64,000 nucleotides of DNA from the NCBI RefSeq assembly GCF_032191835.1, contig NC_083239.1:20832001-20896000 (forward strand), read 5' to 3'. Each line of letters begins with the position of its first letter. The first letter of the stretch is position 1. The notes below the pieces were generated by a model. It had not been told where the DNA came from. It ran no database searches and was given only the letters and a program-made list of their open reading frames with translations. Both the position numbers and the translations under genes were made by a program. The DNA is from Heteronotia binoei. Taxonomy: Eukaryota. Shown in pieces: positions 12,601-31,849 of the stretch.

Positions 12601-15600
12601 AAACAAGAGAAGAAATAGGAAACTCCATTTTAAAACATTGTAATGTTTGTAGATCCAAGCGGGCAGCTGTGTTGGTCTGAAGCAGTTGAACAAAGCAGGA
12701 GTCAAGTTGCACCTTTAAGTCCAACCAATTTTTATTTAGAACGTAAGCTTTCGTGTGCTCTTAAGCACACTTCATCAGATGAAGAATCCAGCACAGTGAG
12801 CAAAGCCATACATAGTTGAGCAAAGCCATACATAGCTGGTAGGCAGTGGCCCAGAATGTAACACAGTACAGATTTAAGAACCAATGACAGTGAAGTGAAA
12901 TTATCTGGTAGGCAGTGGTTTAAAATGTAAAATGGTACAATGATGGAATAGTAAAATTAACAAATCGAGCAAACCTTTGATCATGCTACTCAGATCAAAG
13001 GTTTGCTCAATTTGTTAATTTTACTATTCTATCATTGTACCATTTTACATTCTAAACCATTGCCTACCAGATAATTTTACTTCACTGTCATTGGTTCTTA
13101 AATCTGTACCATGTTGCATTCTGGGCCACTGCCTACCAGCTATGTATGGCTCTGCTCAGCTATGTATGGCTTTGCTCACTGTGCTGGATTCCTCGTCTGA
13201 TGAAGTGTGCTTGAGAACACACAAAAGCTTACGTTCTAAATAAAAATTGGTTCATCTTAAAGGTGCAACTTGACTCCCGCTTTGTTCAATTGTAATGTTT
13301 GGGAAGACACAGGGACAAAATATTAAGATCTCAATAACTAAGAAAATAATCTTCAGTAACTCTCATTACAATCTGTACCACCACTGATTTTTGCCTTGGT
13401 TATCAACTCCTGCTTACACCTGACCTTCTGCTGTCTTTTAAATAAAATCCTTTGTTGTGTTTGACTTTTACATTGTCTCATTTGCCATTTGAAGGGGTTC
13501 AACCCAAGTGGGCACCTTGTTCTTCCCTAAGGTTCCCTAGTTGGGCTAAAAGTCAAATTATATCTCTGTGACAGAGTGGGACAGTCAGTCTTTTAAAGAC
13601 AAAAAAGAAAACCACAGTACTTAAGGCAGCTTAGTCACAGAAGAGAACAAAATTTTGGAGCACCCTGAAATTCAAGTTAGCTCACTGCTTTACAATTCTC
13701 AGCTGCAACCCCCACACTGCTTTGTGATTCTCACCTGCACTCCACTCCCTATTTGGACTGTCATATTCCACGCCATATGCTGGCTCGTATCTTATCACTT
13801 TGCTCAACCAAGTTTGGAGCCTTCCTCCAGCCTAAGGAATCTCCTCTGTCTGAGGAAGGCTTTAAACTTGGCTGAGCAGATAAGAAACTGCTGAGAAGAG
13901 AATGGGGCTGAGCCAACAGTTCAGCAGTGCAAATGTGTGTGGCTGGCAGATGACCAATTCTGTGTCATCACTACAGATCTCATCCTTAATGGCGTGGGTC
14001 AGTCAGTCCTCAGCGATACCAAGGACTCCTCAGCCTCGTGTATCCAGACTTGAGTTAACAGAAGCTGACCAGCAGGAAAATGAGCTGCAGGCTTGTCAGG
14101 ATTCACAGCCAACAGCTGGTACAGAGCCACTACTCCCTCCAGTCCTGATTCAGCAAGTGAACCTCAGTTGGCCATTCCCAGCCCACTAGTATCACCCACA
14201 GCCCTTAGAGCACCAAAGATAGAGGCTGAGAAGAGAGCTACAGGGAAGACAGTGAAGTGCATGCCTCCTGGCCCAACACCAGCTGCTTGCTGATAACGAA
14301 GATGAGTAGTTGCAGGATTGCTTCTGAGCAGCTGTAACTTAGGCATGAGGCTATAAAAACCAGCCAAGAGAGGCTGTTATGCATGGACACAATGAGTATG
14401 ATAGATGCTAAGTCAATGACTCTGCCTTGCCTGACTTCTGAATCCGACCCTAGACTGGCCAACCCTGCCTTGTCTGATACTTAGAGCCTGCAAGCCAGTA
14501 CACTTAAGAAATTGGGATCCACCCTCTTCCACAAGATGACAAAAAGATAAGTACTTACCCTGGGAATGAAAAACTCATTTGCACTAAATTTATACAGCCA
14601 CTCATCCAGAAAGTGAAATAGAAGAGACATCATGTCATGGCCTGTTGGAACAGAAGAAGGAAAAGCTCAGAAGTTCTGGCAGTGCATCACCTTGAGCACC
14701 AGGAAGGCCTCCCAAACAAGAGGCAGGCCTCTGAGGAGGCATAAGCTGTTCTCTGATCCCATCTGAGAACCTTTCTTAGATGGGTCAGGAACCAGAACAT
14801 AGCCCCTTACACTGACTCCCTGCAGCTGGCATCTGCACAATAACAGAACATCTCTACACACACACCCCCTCACTGACTCTTTCCCCCTCCCAAACTGAAC
14901 CTGGAGGAGCATTTTAATCTCAATTTTTTTTGCTTGCTTATCTTTCATTACTGGAGTTTTTAGCAAATATACCCATACTATGAACAGGCCTGTTAGGAGA
15001 AAGCTGGGATCTCCATTCCTACTTGTATCTGACAGAACCATCAACCTGACAATGAACAAATCTATGCAATAAATTTTCTGGACATTGTTAATCCCTGTGG
15101 TTAGAGGCCTTAGCCTAAATTTTCAAGAGGGGATCATTAACTGAGACTCTGGGAACACCCTTTATAGAAAGAGAAACAACAGACTCAGTCTTTAGATGCA
15201 TAGCCATTTATTCAGAAGTACTTGCTAATACATAGTTCTAAGATCAGAATTCAATTACAATTCAGGAATCTTTATAAAGCATGAAGAATGAATACATGGT
15301 TTTATGTCTAATGTCCCATAGTGTCTCGCCTATTGTCTTTAGCAAAGCAGAGTTTTATTTATTGCAAAGCATGGTAGCATTTGGTATCTCACCTGTTTTC
15401 TAAATAATTGTCTTCACAGAGGCTGGAGGATTCAAGACCTGTTCAGGCTAGTCCTGCCTTTACTGGTCTCTTCTCCCTTCCTTTTATACCAATTTCTGAG
15501 CGATCTGACCACACAACTCAACCAGTCTCGTGTGAGGGGTTGGCTCTAAAATCCATTACTCATTGTACCAAAAGTCCCTTCCACGTCAAAACTAGATGGC

Positions 15601-18600
15601 AAATTTCCAAACTCTTTCCCCATTCCCACTATGGCATTTCTCCACATGTCAGAAGGTTTCATTCTATATCAAAGAATCCATTTTTGGGCCTATTCTAAGC
15701 TTTAAACATCTTCTTTCATTAATCTATCATGAACATAACTCCACTAGGACAGGTGAGTTGGATTTCTACCATTAGAAGCTTAGAATTCTTTTCCTTGTTT
15801 GAACAGAGAATGTGTAATGAAAAACCATGACTAAGTACTGGGAAATAGTGGATAAATGTGTGCTAATGTATGTAGATATATGTATTCTTTACCTAAAAAT
15901 ATACCATTGAAATGTATTAAATCCAAGAATTTCCCTTAAAAATCCAATTCTTAAGACCTGACATCATCCCCAATCACTTTTAATCACTTATGATCAATTC
16001 ACAATTTTCTAAAACATTCTATGATCACCTTCTTTCAGTAATAAGTACCTATGTATGATTGAAACAACTTTTATACCAATTCTATATAGTTAATAGACTG
16101 CTGTAATTAATCCTTGTATAGATCACTGTATTTCTGTGTGTGAGTCATGCTGCGACCCTTTTCATGACCTCTTACATGTAATCCAGACAGTCTGTGAAAA
16201 ACAACTCTGTCTCTCATTCCCTCCTCCCTCTCGAAAAGGGAAAGCTACACTATGGCTGAAATTGCTGGATCATTGCCATTTCATATTTCTCCCTATATAC
16301 AAGTTAAAAAGGGTTTAAACTTGGTCCGTTCTTTCTCCCACCCTTCTCACACAGCAGCATTATCGGGGCATATATTTAAAAGCTTAAAAGACATTTAATT
16401 CTCATTGTAAAGATGCCTCTGCCGCCTTCTCTTCACAGGACAAATTTCTAAAGGGTTCTGGCACCGAATTCCAGTATTTGAACATGACAGATCGATAGTC
16501 CAGCCCTTGGCTATGTTTGCCTATAGCCACTGTTTATTCTGCCATGCTTACTTTACCACAAGAGTTCATCATGAACTCTTTCCTGTAAAAATCCACAATT
16601 AACGCATAGACATCACCTGAAACCTACTAACCAACAAGCATACCTACGTCTCTAGCCACTGTCCTAAACATATCAAATGATCCATTGTATACAGCTAGGC
16701 TCTATGCTACAACTGCATCTGCTCCAATCCTACAGAGATTTCCATCGGAGGGATTTACAACAAGCCTTCTTGGAACTAAAGTATCCACCTGATAAAATAT
16801 CAGTTTCTTACCTCATTACATATACAAAATTCATTTTTACCAAGGACTATATATCCTCTGTAAGGACTATACAGCCTTTATATTTTTATGCATTCCTCTC
16901 TCTTTTCTATACATCCTCTACAAGAATTATACATCCTATGTATTTTATGCACTTCTCTCTCTCTCTCTTCTCTTTTGAATAATATAATGGAATACTGTTT
17001 GTATTAGAATGCAATATATAGGTATAGATTGTTTCAGACACAACAACTCTAAGAATAACACACTGGCATAGTATTTAGAACAACATACAGTGATCGTTAC
17101 CTTCACATTTGAGGCGAGGCAGATGGGCATTATAAAGTTAACTTTCCCACAATTAGAAAAGGTTCTCTTACAAACTTATCTCCGATTTTGACATATTTAT
17201 TGCATTAACTGTTGTTTCCCCTGATTTGGATTCATACAGCTGTTGACCCTGTTGTCCCTGCTGTGTCTAAAAATGTCTACATCATGTTATATGCTAATTT
17301 GATTTTTTCCTCAACCCTGTCTATAAGTTTGAATGCTTTTCTCACATTTCATTGTATCTGAAAAAGTGTACATACAAAAGCTTATACCTTGAATAAAACT
17401 TTGTTGATCTTAAAGGTGCTACTGGACTCTAACTTAATTCTGTATCTTGCAAAATGAGCTTTGGCTGATGAAAGCTTATACCTAGGAAATTTTGTTGGTC
17501 TTTAAAGGTGTTGCTGAACTCGAATCTTGCTCCTATAGTCTCTGCTGACAACCTACAGTTCCTGTCCACACAATGTAGTAGTGCTTTATGAATGGGCAGT
17601 ATCCAATGTCTCATTTGGGTAGCATCACCCCCTTCTCCTTTACATACTCCCCCCCCCTCAATTAAATGCAGCACATCTACAAACCCATGCACTGCTTTGC
17701 AATACACAGCAAATATCAGAACAGGTAACTCCTGCACTCTCTATTATGTGTTTAATTGTTGCACAAAAAATTACAAACAGGAAAGACAAACTGTCAATTT
17801 TTGGATGGTGAGGGCAGATCAAGGACAGGCAGTGGTAGAAAGGGATTGTGGGAAGTTTGTGCAGATATCTTTGCAAAAGAAACCAAGGTGAGGTTGTCTG
17901 AAATAGGTGGGGAGGTGATTCTAGGAGGGAAAACCCTTTCTGTTGGCTAGAGTAAACAGCACCAGAATAGCTAATAATCAGAGAAGGCACAAAAGTTGCA
18001 GGCAGATCAATGGTCTAATTCAGTACTGGGCAGCTGCATGCCTCAGGAAGCCAACGCTGGATGGATTTCCATGTTTTGCTTTCCAGCAATCAGATCCAGG
18101 TCCATAAGCAACCTCTTACCCTCAGCCTCCACCTCAACCGTGTCCAGGGGCTCAACCGTCTCTGTGTCCGTCATGTACCCAAACATAGCCATCACGCATT
18201 GCTCAAAGGCCTCTTCCAGAGTGTCTCCCCAGGCATGCAACCTAAGGGAATATCAGCACTCATTAGCCCTCTGTGGAACAGCTCTAAAAAGCAAAACACA
18301 GAAGCCTGCAGGCAAGAAACTTGAGGACATCATACTGGAAACAGCAGAGGAGCTCCACATCTTACAAGAATATTAACTATTTATTATAAGAAAAAAAAAA
18401 ACCTGAACTCTGTTTTGTTGGCCCTTGAATTGTTGCCCTCTCCCATCTGCAGCCTTTAGGGGTTACCCATACTCTCGTGAAGCCAGATATGTAAACATGT
18501 AAAACTCACTGCTACAGAATGTAATGATGATTATTATCCCAAGTAGCTTTAGAAGGAATACATTCATGGCCAATTCATGGTCCATCAATTAGTTATAATG

Positions 18601-20548
18601 TCTAAGTGAAACTTCCATATTCAGAGGAAATGTACCTGTAAATACCAGTTACTTGGGAACAACATAGTTTTGGCCTCTATACCCTGCTTGCAGGGATTCC
18701 TGGGGGCATCTGACTAGCCTATAAGGAAAACATGATGTTGCACTAAATGGACTAATGGTCTGGCCCAGCCGGGCTCTTATTTGACCCAAGAAAAGAAGGT
18801 ATGTGGATACGATAGTTATTCATATAATAACAATAATTATGCTTAAAATCCTGAGCCATAACAAGCCTTTAACAGATATAGAATTTTTTGGACATTATCC
18901 ACATGCAGGTCATGTGAATACAGTAACCAAGAGCATCCAACTACACTCACTGCTGTCATCTTTGAACTTTACAATGAAGTTAGTGAAGCTGGATGCTCTT
19001 GATTAACTATACTGACATGATTTTTGAGATCTTTAAGCCTTTGGTGGATTTGTTATGCTGACAAGTATGTTGAAATCTGTCTGACTTTGAAGAAGGTTAC
19101 ATAAGGAAATGCGTGAGGAGCTGCCCGGCACCCCATTGATGAATTGCTGAAGTGGAATTTTACAGTTCTTTACTGGTTGGATTGTAATATTACTGACTGG
19201 ATTAGAGTTTCACTTTCATAGACCTGGATGAAGTTCTATACTAGCTGAATTATAATAAGGTCCATGATTAGGTAAAAGTAGTCCCCTGTGCAAGCACCAA
19301 GTCATAACCGACCCATGGGGTGATGTTACATCATGACATTTTCATGGCAGATTTTTACAGCGTGATTACTTATACTGAAAAAAACTACGCTGTTTAAAGG
19401 ACACATATTTTACAATGATTAGGCATTGATAAAAGTTTCCATTAATGTATAGTGATCAAATGTAGATAATGTCCAAAATGTTTGGTCCTCAACATTTTCT
19501 ATATTTGGTGAATTTTATCTGCATTAAATAAGTCTTGTGGAGTGGTGGCTTAATCGTTAGAGCTAAGGATTTTAAGCACAATCCAGTAATAGCACCAATT
19601 ACTGGATCCACATACTCTGTATTCTTGTCAACAGTTTAGATGCAGTTCCACCACAGTTTTTCTTTTTCCAAGCAAAGAAGGGTCACTTGCAAAAAATTAG
19701 ATATTTAACTCAAAGTATGTTGCCTGATCTCTCCATAAAAAGTGTTCAAGACAGCTTACAATACTGAAATATTCAACACAATAAAATAGCAGTAATAAAA
19801 CATATAAAATATATAACATAAGCAATAAATAGGAACAACTGGTAATGTAGCATTTGAAATATTTTCCCCAGAGTGCAGAAAAAGACTTGTACAAGTGAAG
19901 AACCCAAACTATATAGATATATGCACACACACCACCCATCCCTTAGACTACCTCTAAGGAAAGATAAAATTCACCAGGTATAGAAATACTTACTGCACAT
20001 CAGCAGTATGATCCAAATCTAAAAAGGGATTTAAATCAGGGAGGAAAATGAGATCATTTTTGCAACGTCATAAGTAGATTTAAGACCTTCACAGTAAACA
20101 AGTGACCCCGAACCCCATCAACTACCCCACCACTTTTTTTTGGGGGGGGGGTCAGTTAACAAGGCCCAAGGGGGCAGGCTAACTTCTTACAAGTGAACCG
20201 CATAGAGCGGCAAGTTCCCGCAAAGGGCCGGCTCATTTCCGGTCAGAGCGAACGTGGACGTCGGCCTCTAAAGCCTTCGCTCCCCTTGCCCACCAAAACT
20301 CGCAGCAGCGCATCCACGGGGAGCGCCTGATAATTCCCCAGAGGCTAGGCCAGAACCTTGCAGGCTTAAGCCCGCATGTGGAGAAGCAGCTGGACCCCAC
20401 CCCCACCAGGAGCTCGCGATCCCCCCGCCTCCGGGCTCTAACAGCCACAGAGACACTCACACTCGTATTTCCTCTGGATGGGAGGATACTTGGCTTTGAT
20501 GCCTTTTTGCGCCTCGTTCAAGTTATAATCTCGCTGATCGTCTGCCAT
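3649..20548 (-). CDS. ZBTB8OS: Protein archease (RtcB tRNA-ligase cofactor), 164 aa, 7 coding exons
   Basis: Exons on the minus strand: 20461-20548, 19994-20018, 18120-18241, 14559-14641, 6847-6899, 5552-5588, 3649-3735. All introns GT-AG, total 495 nt. Translation MADDQRDYNLNEAQKGIKAKYPPIQRKYEYLDHTADVQLHAWGDTLEEAFEQC...EVKAITYSAMQIHEDEKPEVFVIIDI* contains the archease DHTAD and VKAITY motifs; head-to-head with RBBP4 as in other vertebrates. Confidence 0.97.
4615..4815 (-). mobile_element. tRNA-derived SINE (Squam3-like), degraded
   Basis: Minus strand reads agccagtgtggtgttgtggttagagtgtcag...gggaaacgcaggttcacatccc (A-box and B-box like), followed by the typical core and tail. Confidence 0.6.
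5050..5185 (+). mobile_element. L2 LINE 3' tail
   Basis: AT-rich run followed by 'gttgtgagccgccctgagc...gggcgggatat...aaataaataaa'. Confidence 0.5.
5508..5533. repeat. (CA)n microsatellite
   Basis: Read directly from the sequence. Confidence 0.8.
5739..6245. mobile_element. Non-autonomous hAT (Charlie-type) DNA transposon / MITE
   Basis: Termini CAGTGGCTCCCAACC ... ACTGGGGACCCCTG; 8-bp TSD gtctagaa (5731-5738) and gtttagaa (6246-6253) with the central TA typical of Charlie elements. Confidence 0.75.
7456..7965. mobile_element. Probable degraded MITE / DNA transposon
   Basis: Starts TAGGGGTGTGCA; internal repeats (cagtttaaa..g.actgcccaacagagcc twice). Right end not defined. Confidence 0.3.
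8085..8811 (+). mobile_element. CR1 LINE, 5' part (end of ORF1 esterase domain and start of ORF2 endonuclease), decayed; split by the CD36 retrocopy
   Basis: ORF1 remnant ..GFLDHG...DGLHLTMVGKKLFGKSLANLIRSTFN*; ORF2 remnant CYRPPSQAEELDETLLVQISKFSRRWNT.VMGDF ending at 8811. Confidence 0.85.
8846..8851 (-). promoter_or_regulatory. Variant poly(A) signal AGTAAA of the CD36 retrocopy
   Basis: 25 nt upstream of the A9 tract on the minus strand. Confidence 0.55.
9348..10763 (-). CDS. CD36: CD36-like scavenger receptor class B / fatty-acid translocase, intact intronless ORF, 471 aa
   Basis: MGCDQNCGLL... N-terminal TM helix, YRQFWIFNV, QRGPYTYRV, LLWGYEDP, CDMVNGTDGASFPP, FFSSDICRS, LDIEPTTGFTL, ILWLNET, C-terminal TM helix; six ectodomain Cys and both N-terminal Cys retained. 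No stop or frameshift. Confidence 0.95.
   Translation of the reverse strand: MGCDQNCGLLAAAIIGAIVAVLGGALIPVGNYFIEKAIKKERIIEKGTIAYENWIVPGSAVYRQFWIFNVENPSAVMENGSRPILKQRGPYTYRVRFLPKQNITENPDLTLSYFLPNIARFEPALSIGPENDTFTVVNLALVTAPVLYPNNFVHMLLNVWMKSSKSFLLQNRTVNELLWGYEDPFLKKVPFPTDKKVGIFLPYNETLDGLYTVYSGKDNIYKTALIQSYKNKSTLSFWEGSCDMVNGTDGASFPPFVRRDDVLRFFSSDICRSFYGEFDSDQVVKGIPLYRFIVPPGAFASPLINPENLCFCLEKVISMNCTIAGALDISTCKQGKPVVITLPHLLYASEEIREGVEGMNPNKEEHMTYLDIEPTTGFTLQFASRLQINLVVRPAPKIMALQKVKIPFLFPILWLNETAIIDDRNAEFFRSKVTNKIKLLQLLEAVLIVFGAVIFLGFLVSYLICSTQKVK
10922..11535 (+). mobile_element. CR1 LINE, continuation of ORF2 endonuclease and linker, decayed
   Basis: Reads [29 protein letters not shown]...LDFRKANFDK...IPMRRK, continuing exactly from the 8085-8811 piece; contains a 21-bp internal duplication (11070-11090, 11094-11114). 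Confidence 0.88.
11742..12020 (+). mobile_element. tRNA-derived SINE (Squam3-like), full length
   Basis: gagccagtttggtgtagtggtta (A box) ... gggtttgattccccac (B box) ... gggcgggatataaatccaata(tct)n tail. Confidence 0.8.
12650..13288. mobile_element. Penelope-like element-derived inverted repeat (arms of about 300 bp)
   Basis: Arms 12684-12982 and 12993-13292 with a 10-nt spacer; 13-bp direct repeat attgtaatgtttg at 12637-12649 and 13289-13301. Confidence 0.8.
12742..12781 (-). ncRNA. Minimal hammerhead ribozyme motif (Penelope type), partly degenerate
   Basis: Minus strand: cat-CTGATGA-a-gtgtgc-ttaaga-gcacac-GAAA-gctt-acg. The mirror copy on plus at 13194-13233 has GAAA changed to AAAA. Confidence 0.55.
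13930..14490 (+). mobile_element. Possible degraded Gypsy-type LTR
   Basis: Composition resembles an LTR, with a TATA-like ctataaaa at about 14351. No clean termini or TSD found. Confidence 0.25.
16555..16800 (+). mobile_element. Penelope-like element ORF fragment (RT thumb / linker)
   Basis: Broken translation resembling ..YVSSHCPKHIK*SIVYS*ALCYNCICSNPT..RDLQQAFLELKYPPDK. Confidence 0.55.
17350..17535 (+). repeat. Two tandem degenerate Penelope terminal remnants
   Basis: 'aaagcttatacct...ttgttg(a/g)tctt(t)aaaggtg' occurs twice and matches the arm sequence near 13225-13270. Confidence 0.45.
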
Positions 20549-20760
20549 GGCTGGAATCGCTTCCTCGTTTGCAAAAAGGGGTGGGGAAAATGGCCTCAGC
20601 TTCGGGGAAGTTTGCAACAGCCGATGCCCCGATTTAAAAGGACAGCTACCTAAAAAAAAAAAGCCTTACATCCCACCTCGCCACACTCCGCGGGGACCAG
20701 AGTCTGATCACGATCTACTATCCGCGGACATTTCCAAAGCAGTAATACATAAATAAACGT
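20180..20760 (-). promoter_or_regulatory. CpG island / promoter of ZBTB8OS
   Basis: CpG-rich tract spanning exon 1; ETS-like ttccgg and YY1-like aaaatggc motifs. Confidence 0.65.
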
Positions 20761-21329
20761 AATAAATATAATATACTAATATAATATAATACCGATATAA
20801 TAACCAATTTTAACCTAATAAATATAATAAAATGTAACAATAAAAAAATATACAGTTTTAATTAAGCAGGTTTAATGCAAGGATTAAGTAAGGTACTGAA
20901 AAGGCTTCATTTCCCTCCCCACCACCCACGGGAAATCTTGGCGTGAGCATTTACCGCAATTGAGCAGTTATGGTGCTTTTTTGCATAACTTTGGAGCAAC
21001 GCGGTTGTTTTAAACTCCGTTACCCGAGAACTTCTGTCCGTCTCTCTCCTCTTGCAGGATAACCACCTTGCTGGCTCTTCTTAGCAGTCCTCATACCCTC
21101 ACCGCAACAGTTTGGAGATGAGTGATTTTACTGGCCGACCTTACAAGACAATTAAAGAATACCTGAAGTGTTTTTCGAGATCTGCATAGAGCTCCCCAGA
21201 TTCCCCCCAGGTAACTGCAGCAAAGGCGCCAGGCTGCCACTGACCAGAGGGGGCGCAAAAGGCAATTTACAGTGCCATCCTAAACAGTCGCACCCTTGTA
21301 AAGTTATTGACGTCAACAAAATTAGAAGG

Positions 21330-21520
21330 GAGCTGAGCTTTTGTTATAGAAAAAGCCCACAGGAACTTATTTGCATATTAGGCCACACCACCTGATGTCA
21401 CCATTGTTTTGCACAGGGCTTTTTTGTAGAAAAAGACCAGCAGGAATTATTTGCATATTAGGCCACACATCCCTGCTGCCAAGGCAGCTGGAACTGCCTT
21501 CCTGTTTAAAAAAAAACCCT
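21330..21520. repeat. Interspersed repeat with an internal direct repeat containing ATTTGCAT
   Basis: 'tagaaaaag.cc..caggaa.ttatttgcatattaggccacac' occurs twice; related to 1-175. Confidence 0.45.
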
Positions 21521-22559
21521 GGAAGGGAGTAACTTCGTAATTTTAGAGGGAGGGGGGTTAAACTGTAGAGGCTCTGTCCTCTAATCGAAGGTCCTAAACT
21601 ACAGTATATTCATGTACTGTCCCAAACCAGTTTTGCCACCCACCTCCTTCCCAGCAAGATCAGCAGCAGGACCCACCCCCCCACATAGACAAATGCTGGA
21701 TCGCTCCTTGCCCCTTTGCACTACAAATGTGAATCCAGTTGCCTGCCTCAGTTTGCATGTCTTTTTATCAGCCTAGGGCCTGACTGCCAATGGCATTGAC
21801 TGCTTAATGGTAACTACCGTCAGTTTACTTTGTGTCTGAAAAGTGGGATACAAATGGAACAACATATTCTGAATAATGTTTAGAGTGGGCTATGGGAAGT
21901 TCAGAAACTTGGGACAAGATTGTTAGATGGAATTTATATAGGAAAACATAGCTCACTCCCTTTTCTCCCCAGAGGGCCCATAGAAGATTACATCATTCTC
22001 CAGTTTATCCTGACATCTTTGTGAGTTAGATTAGGCTGAGAGCAACTCCCACAGTCACCCCAATGAGTTTCCAGAGGAGTGGGAGATTCAGACCTGGGTG
22101 GCTCCCCAGATCCTACTCCAGCATTTGCTTTGTCTTGATGTGGTCATACCACATTGATAACATTGTAGCAGGGAAATAACGAGGCGCACACTTACTGATT
22201 GAAAACGAGGTATTTTACTATTTGGCACCAATAGCAAGGTTCATTTGAGCATCAAGGCTCCCAAAAATAATGAACCCCGGACACTTCTCAAACCATCTGC
22301 TTTAAGCAAAAGCGAGCCTGCAGGCTGGCCTCTGATTGTGCTTATCTTTATTCAACAAGGAGTTTCCTGCTATCAATACACATTCGTGACTCACACCCAT
22401 TTGGGCTGCCTGGCTTTAACAGTTTAGCAAAAGCTCCTCTGAGGGGCCTCCCAACAGTCACTCTAAATGTTGCATCAGACATTCTCTTTTGAAGGCACAA
22501 AACCATATTTTCATTTATTATTATTATTAATCATTCAGGGGTCTCCCCTTCAACATTAG

Positions 22560-22830
22560 CAAATGCACATTTGGGCATATCAGTGAAGAGCTGTCAGATT
22601 CACCCCATGGTCCATCTAGTCCAGCATCCTCTTTCCTACAGGGGCAACACAAATACCCACAAGGCCTACAAGTGAGAAACCAGAGACCCAAGCCACCTCC
22701 TTGCTTTACTCCAATCACCTAGCAGCTTGCATGTTGACTCTGAGCACAAAGGTTCTATCCAACCCTGCTGACCAATAACCATCAATGGACCTTTACTTCT
22801 CCATTAATTTCTCCAAACCCTAGTGGGTAT
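22560..22830 (-). mobile_element. CR1 3' UTR fragment
   Basis: 'tcagattcaccccatggtccatctagtccagcatcct...ccatcaatggacct' is the reverse complement of a CR1 3' end. Confidence 0.45.
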
Positions 22831-23980
22831 CACTAACCCCTAGCAGAGCATTCTGGTATGTGAATTATGTAGTGTTATTATGTACTTCCAGTACACATTT
22901 TATTGTTCCCAGTAGGGTCACCAAGCCTGTGTTGGAAAATACCTGCTGACGTTTGGGGTACATCCAGGAAAGTGAGGGGTTTGGGGGGCCTTCCAAAGCA
23001 GCCATTTTCTCCATGGGAGCTGATCTCTGCCAGCTAGAGATCAGTTGTAAAAGCAGATGTCTGGGCCCCACCTGGAGGCTAGCAACCCTAGTTCATAGCA
23101 TGCCCTTATTCGGTTTTGTAAGCCACTTTTATTACATTGGTGATTCCACTATACTTCTATTGCAATTTTAGACTTAAGCAACCCAAGTCCCAACCAAAAC
23201 TGCATTATATAAAGGACGTAAATAAAATAAGAATGTTGTCAGGCCTGTATTTTCTACCTATCAGCTTCATCAGGTGCCCTCCAGCACCAGGTTTTTCTCC
23301 CTCTTGCCCAGACCATGGATAATTGTATGCGTCTGGATGCTGCCCTCCCTCCGCCTTTGGCATACGAAAGGTAGGGACATACATTATAAGCACTTACAAA
23401 GTTTTATTTCGCCCTAATGTGATGCGGAGTCCATTTTTCCTCCCATTTTACACAGGGAGGCCTGAGCTAGCAGCAGTGTCCCCCCTTCCCAACAAAAAAA
23501 GTTCTTGCAGGACCCCTGGGGCTTTCAGCCTGAATGCGTTTACAAGAACGGTTCCGCTTCTCCCCATCCTGCCTAACATGGAGGAAAATGGCGACTTCGC
23601 ACAGAAGCCTCAGCTCACGACTGCCCTCTTTCCAGCTCAGGGGCGGAAAAGCGCATGGGCACTATCCCCCTTGAGGCCGAGTACTCAACTCCGCCCCTCC
23701 ACCTTCGTCGGGAACTCGTGATTGGTAGGGGGCTTCAGCAGCTGCTCTGTGATTGGTTGGCGTTGGCGCGAACCATCTCGAGCAGTTGCTGTGAGGTGAA
23801 TTTCCGAGGGGCGAAAAAAGACTCAGGAAACAATAGAGCGGCGACGGCCGGTAAGGCGCGAGAGTCCACGGAGGCGAGAGAACGGTTGGCGGAACAAATC
23901 CTGAGGTAAAAAACAAACCGAGATCCAGACGTAAAGTCGGCAGCGTTTTATCATCTGCGCTGCGGAAGACAGTCCCCATC

Positions 23981-31849
<7,869 letters not shown>

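Noticed and set aside
10764-14559. In-frame archease-CD36 fusion by splicing
   Set aside because: The candidate acceptors checked in the retrocopy leader are out of frame with phase-0 exon 4.
15086-15751. Possible solo ERV-type LTR on the minus strand
   Set aside because: It has an AATAAA and TG/CA-like ends but no TSD or second copy to define it.
23580-23594. 15-nt identity (ggaggaaaatggcga) between the RBBP4 promoter and the L1 5' end
   Set aside because: Explained by a shared YY1-type motif; too short to imply common origin.
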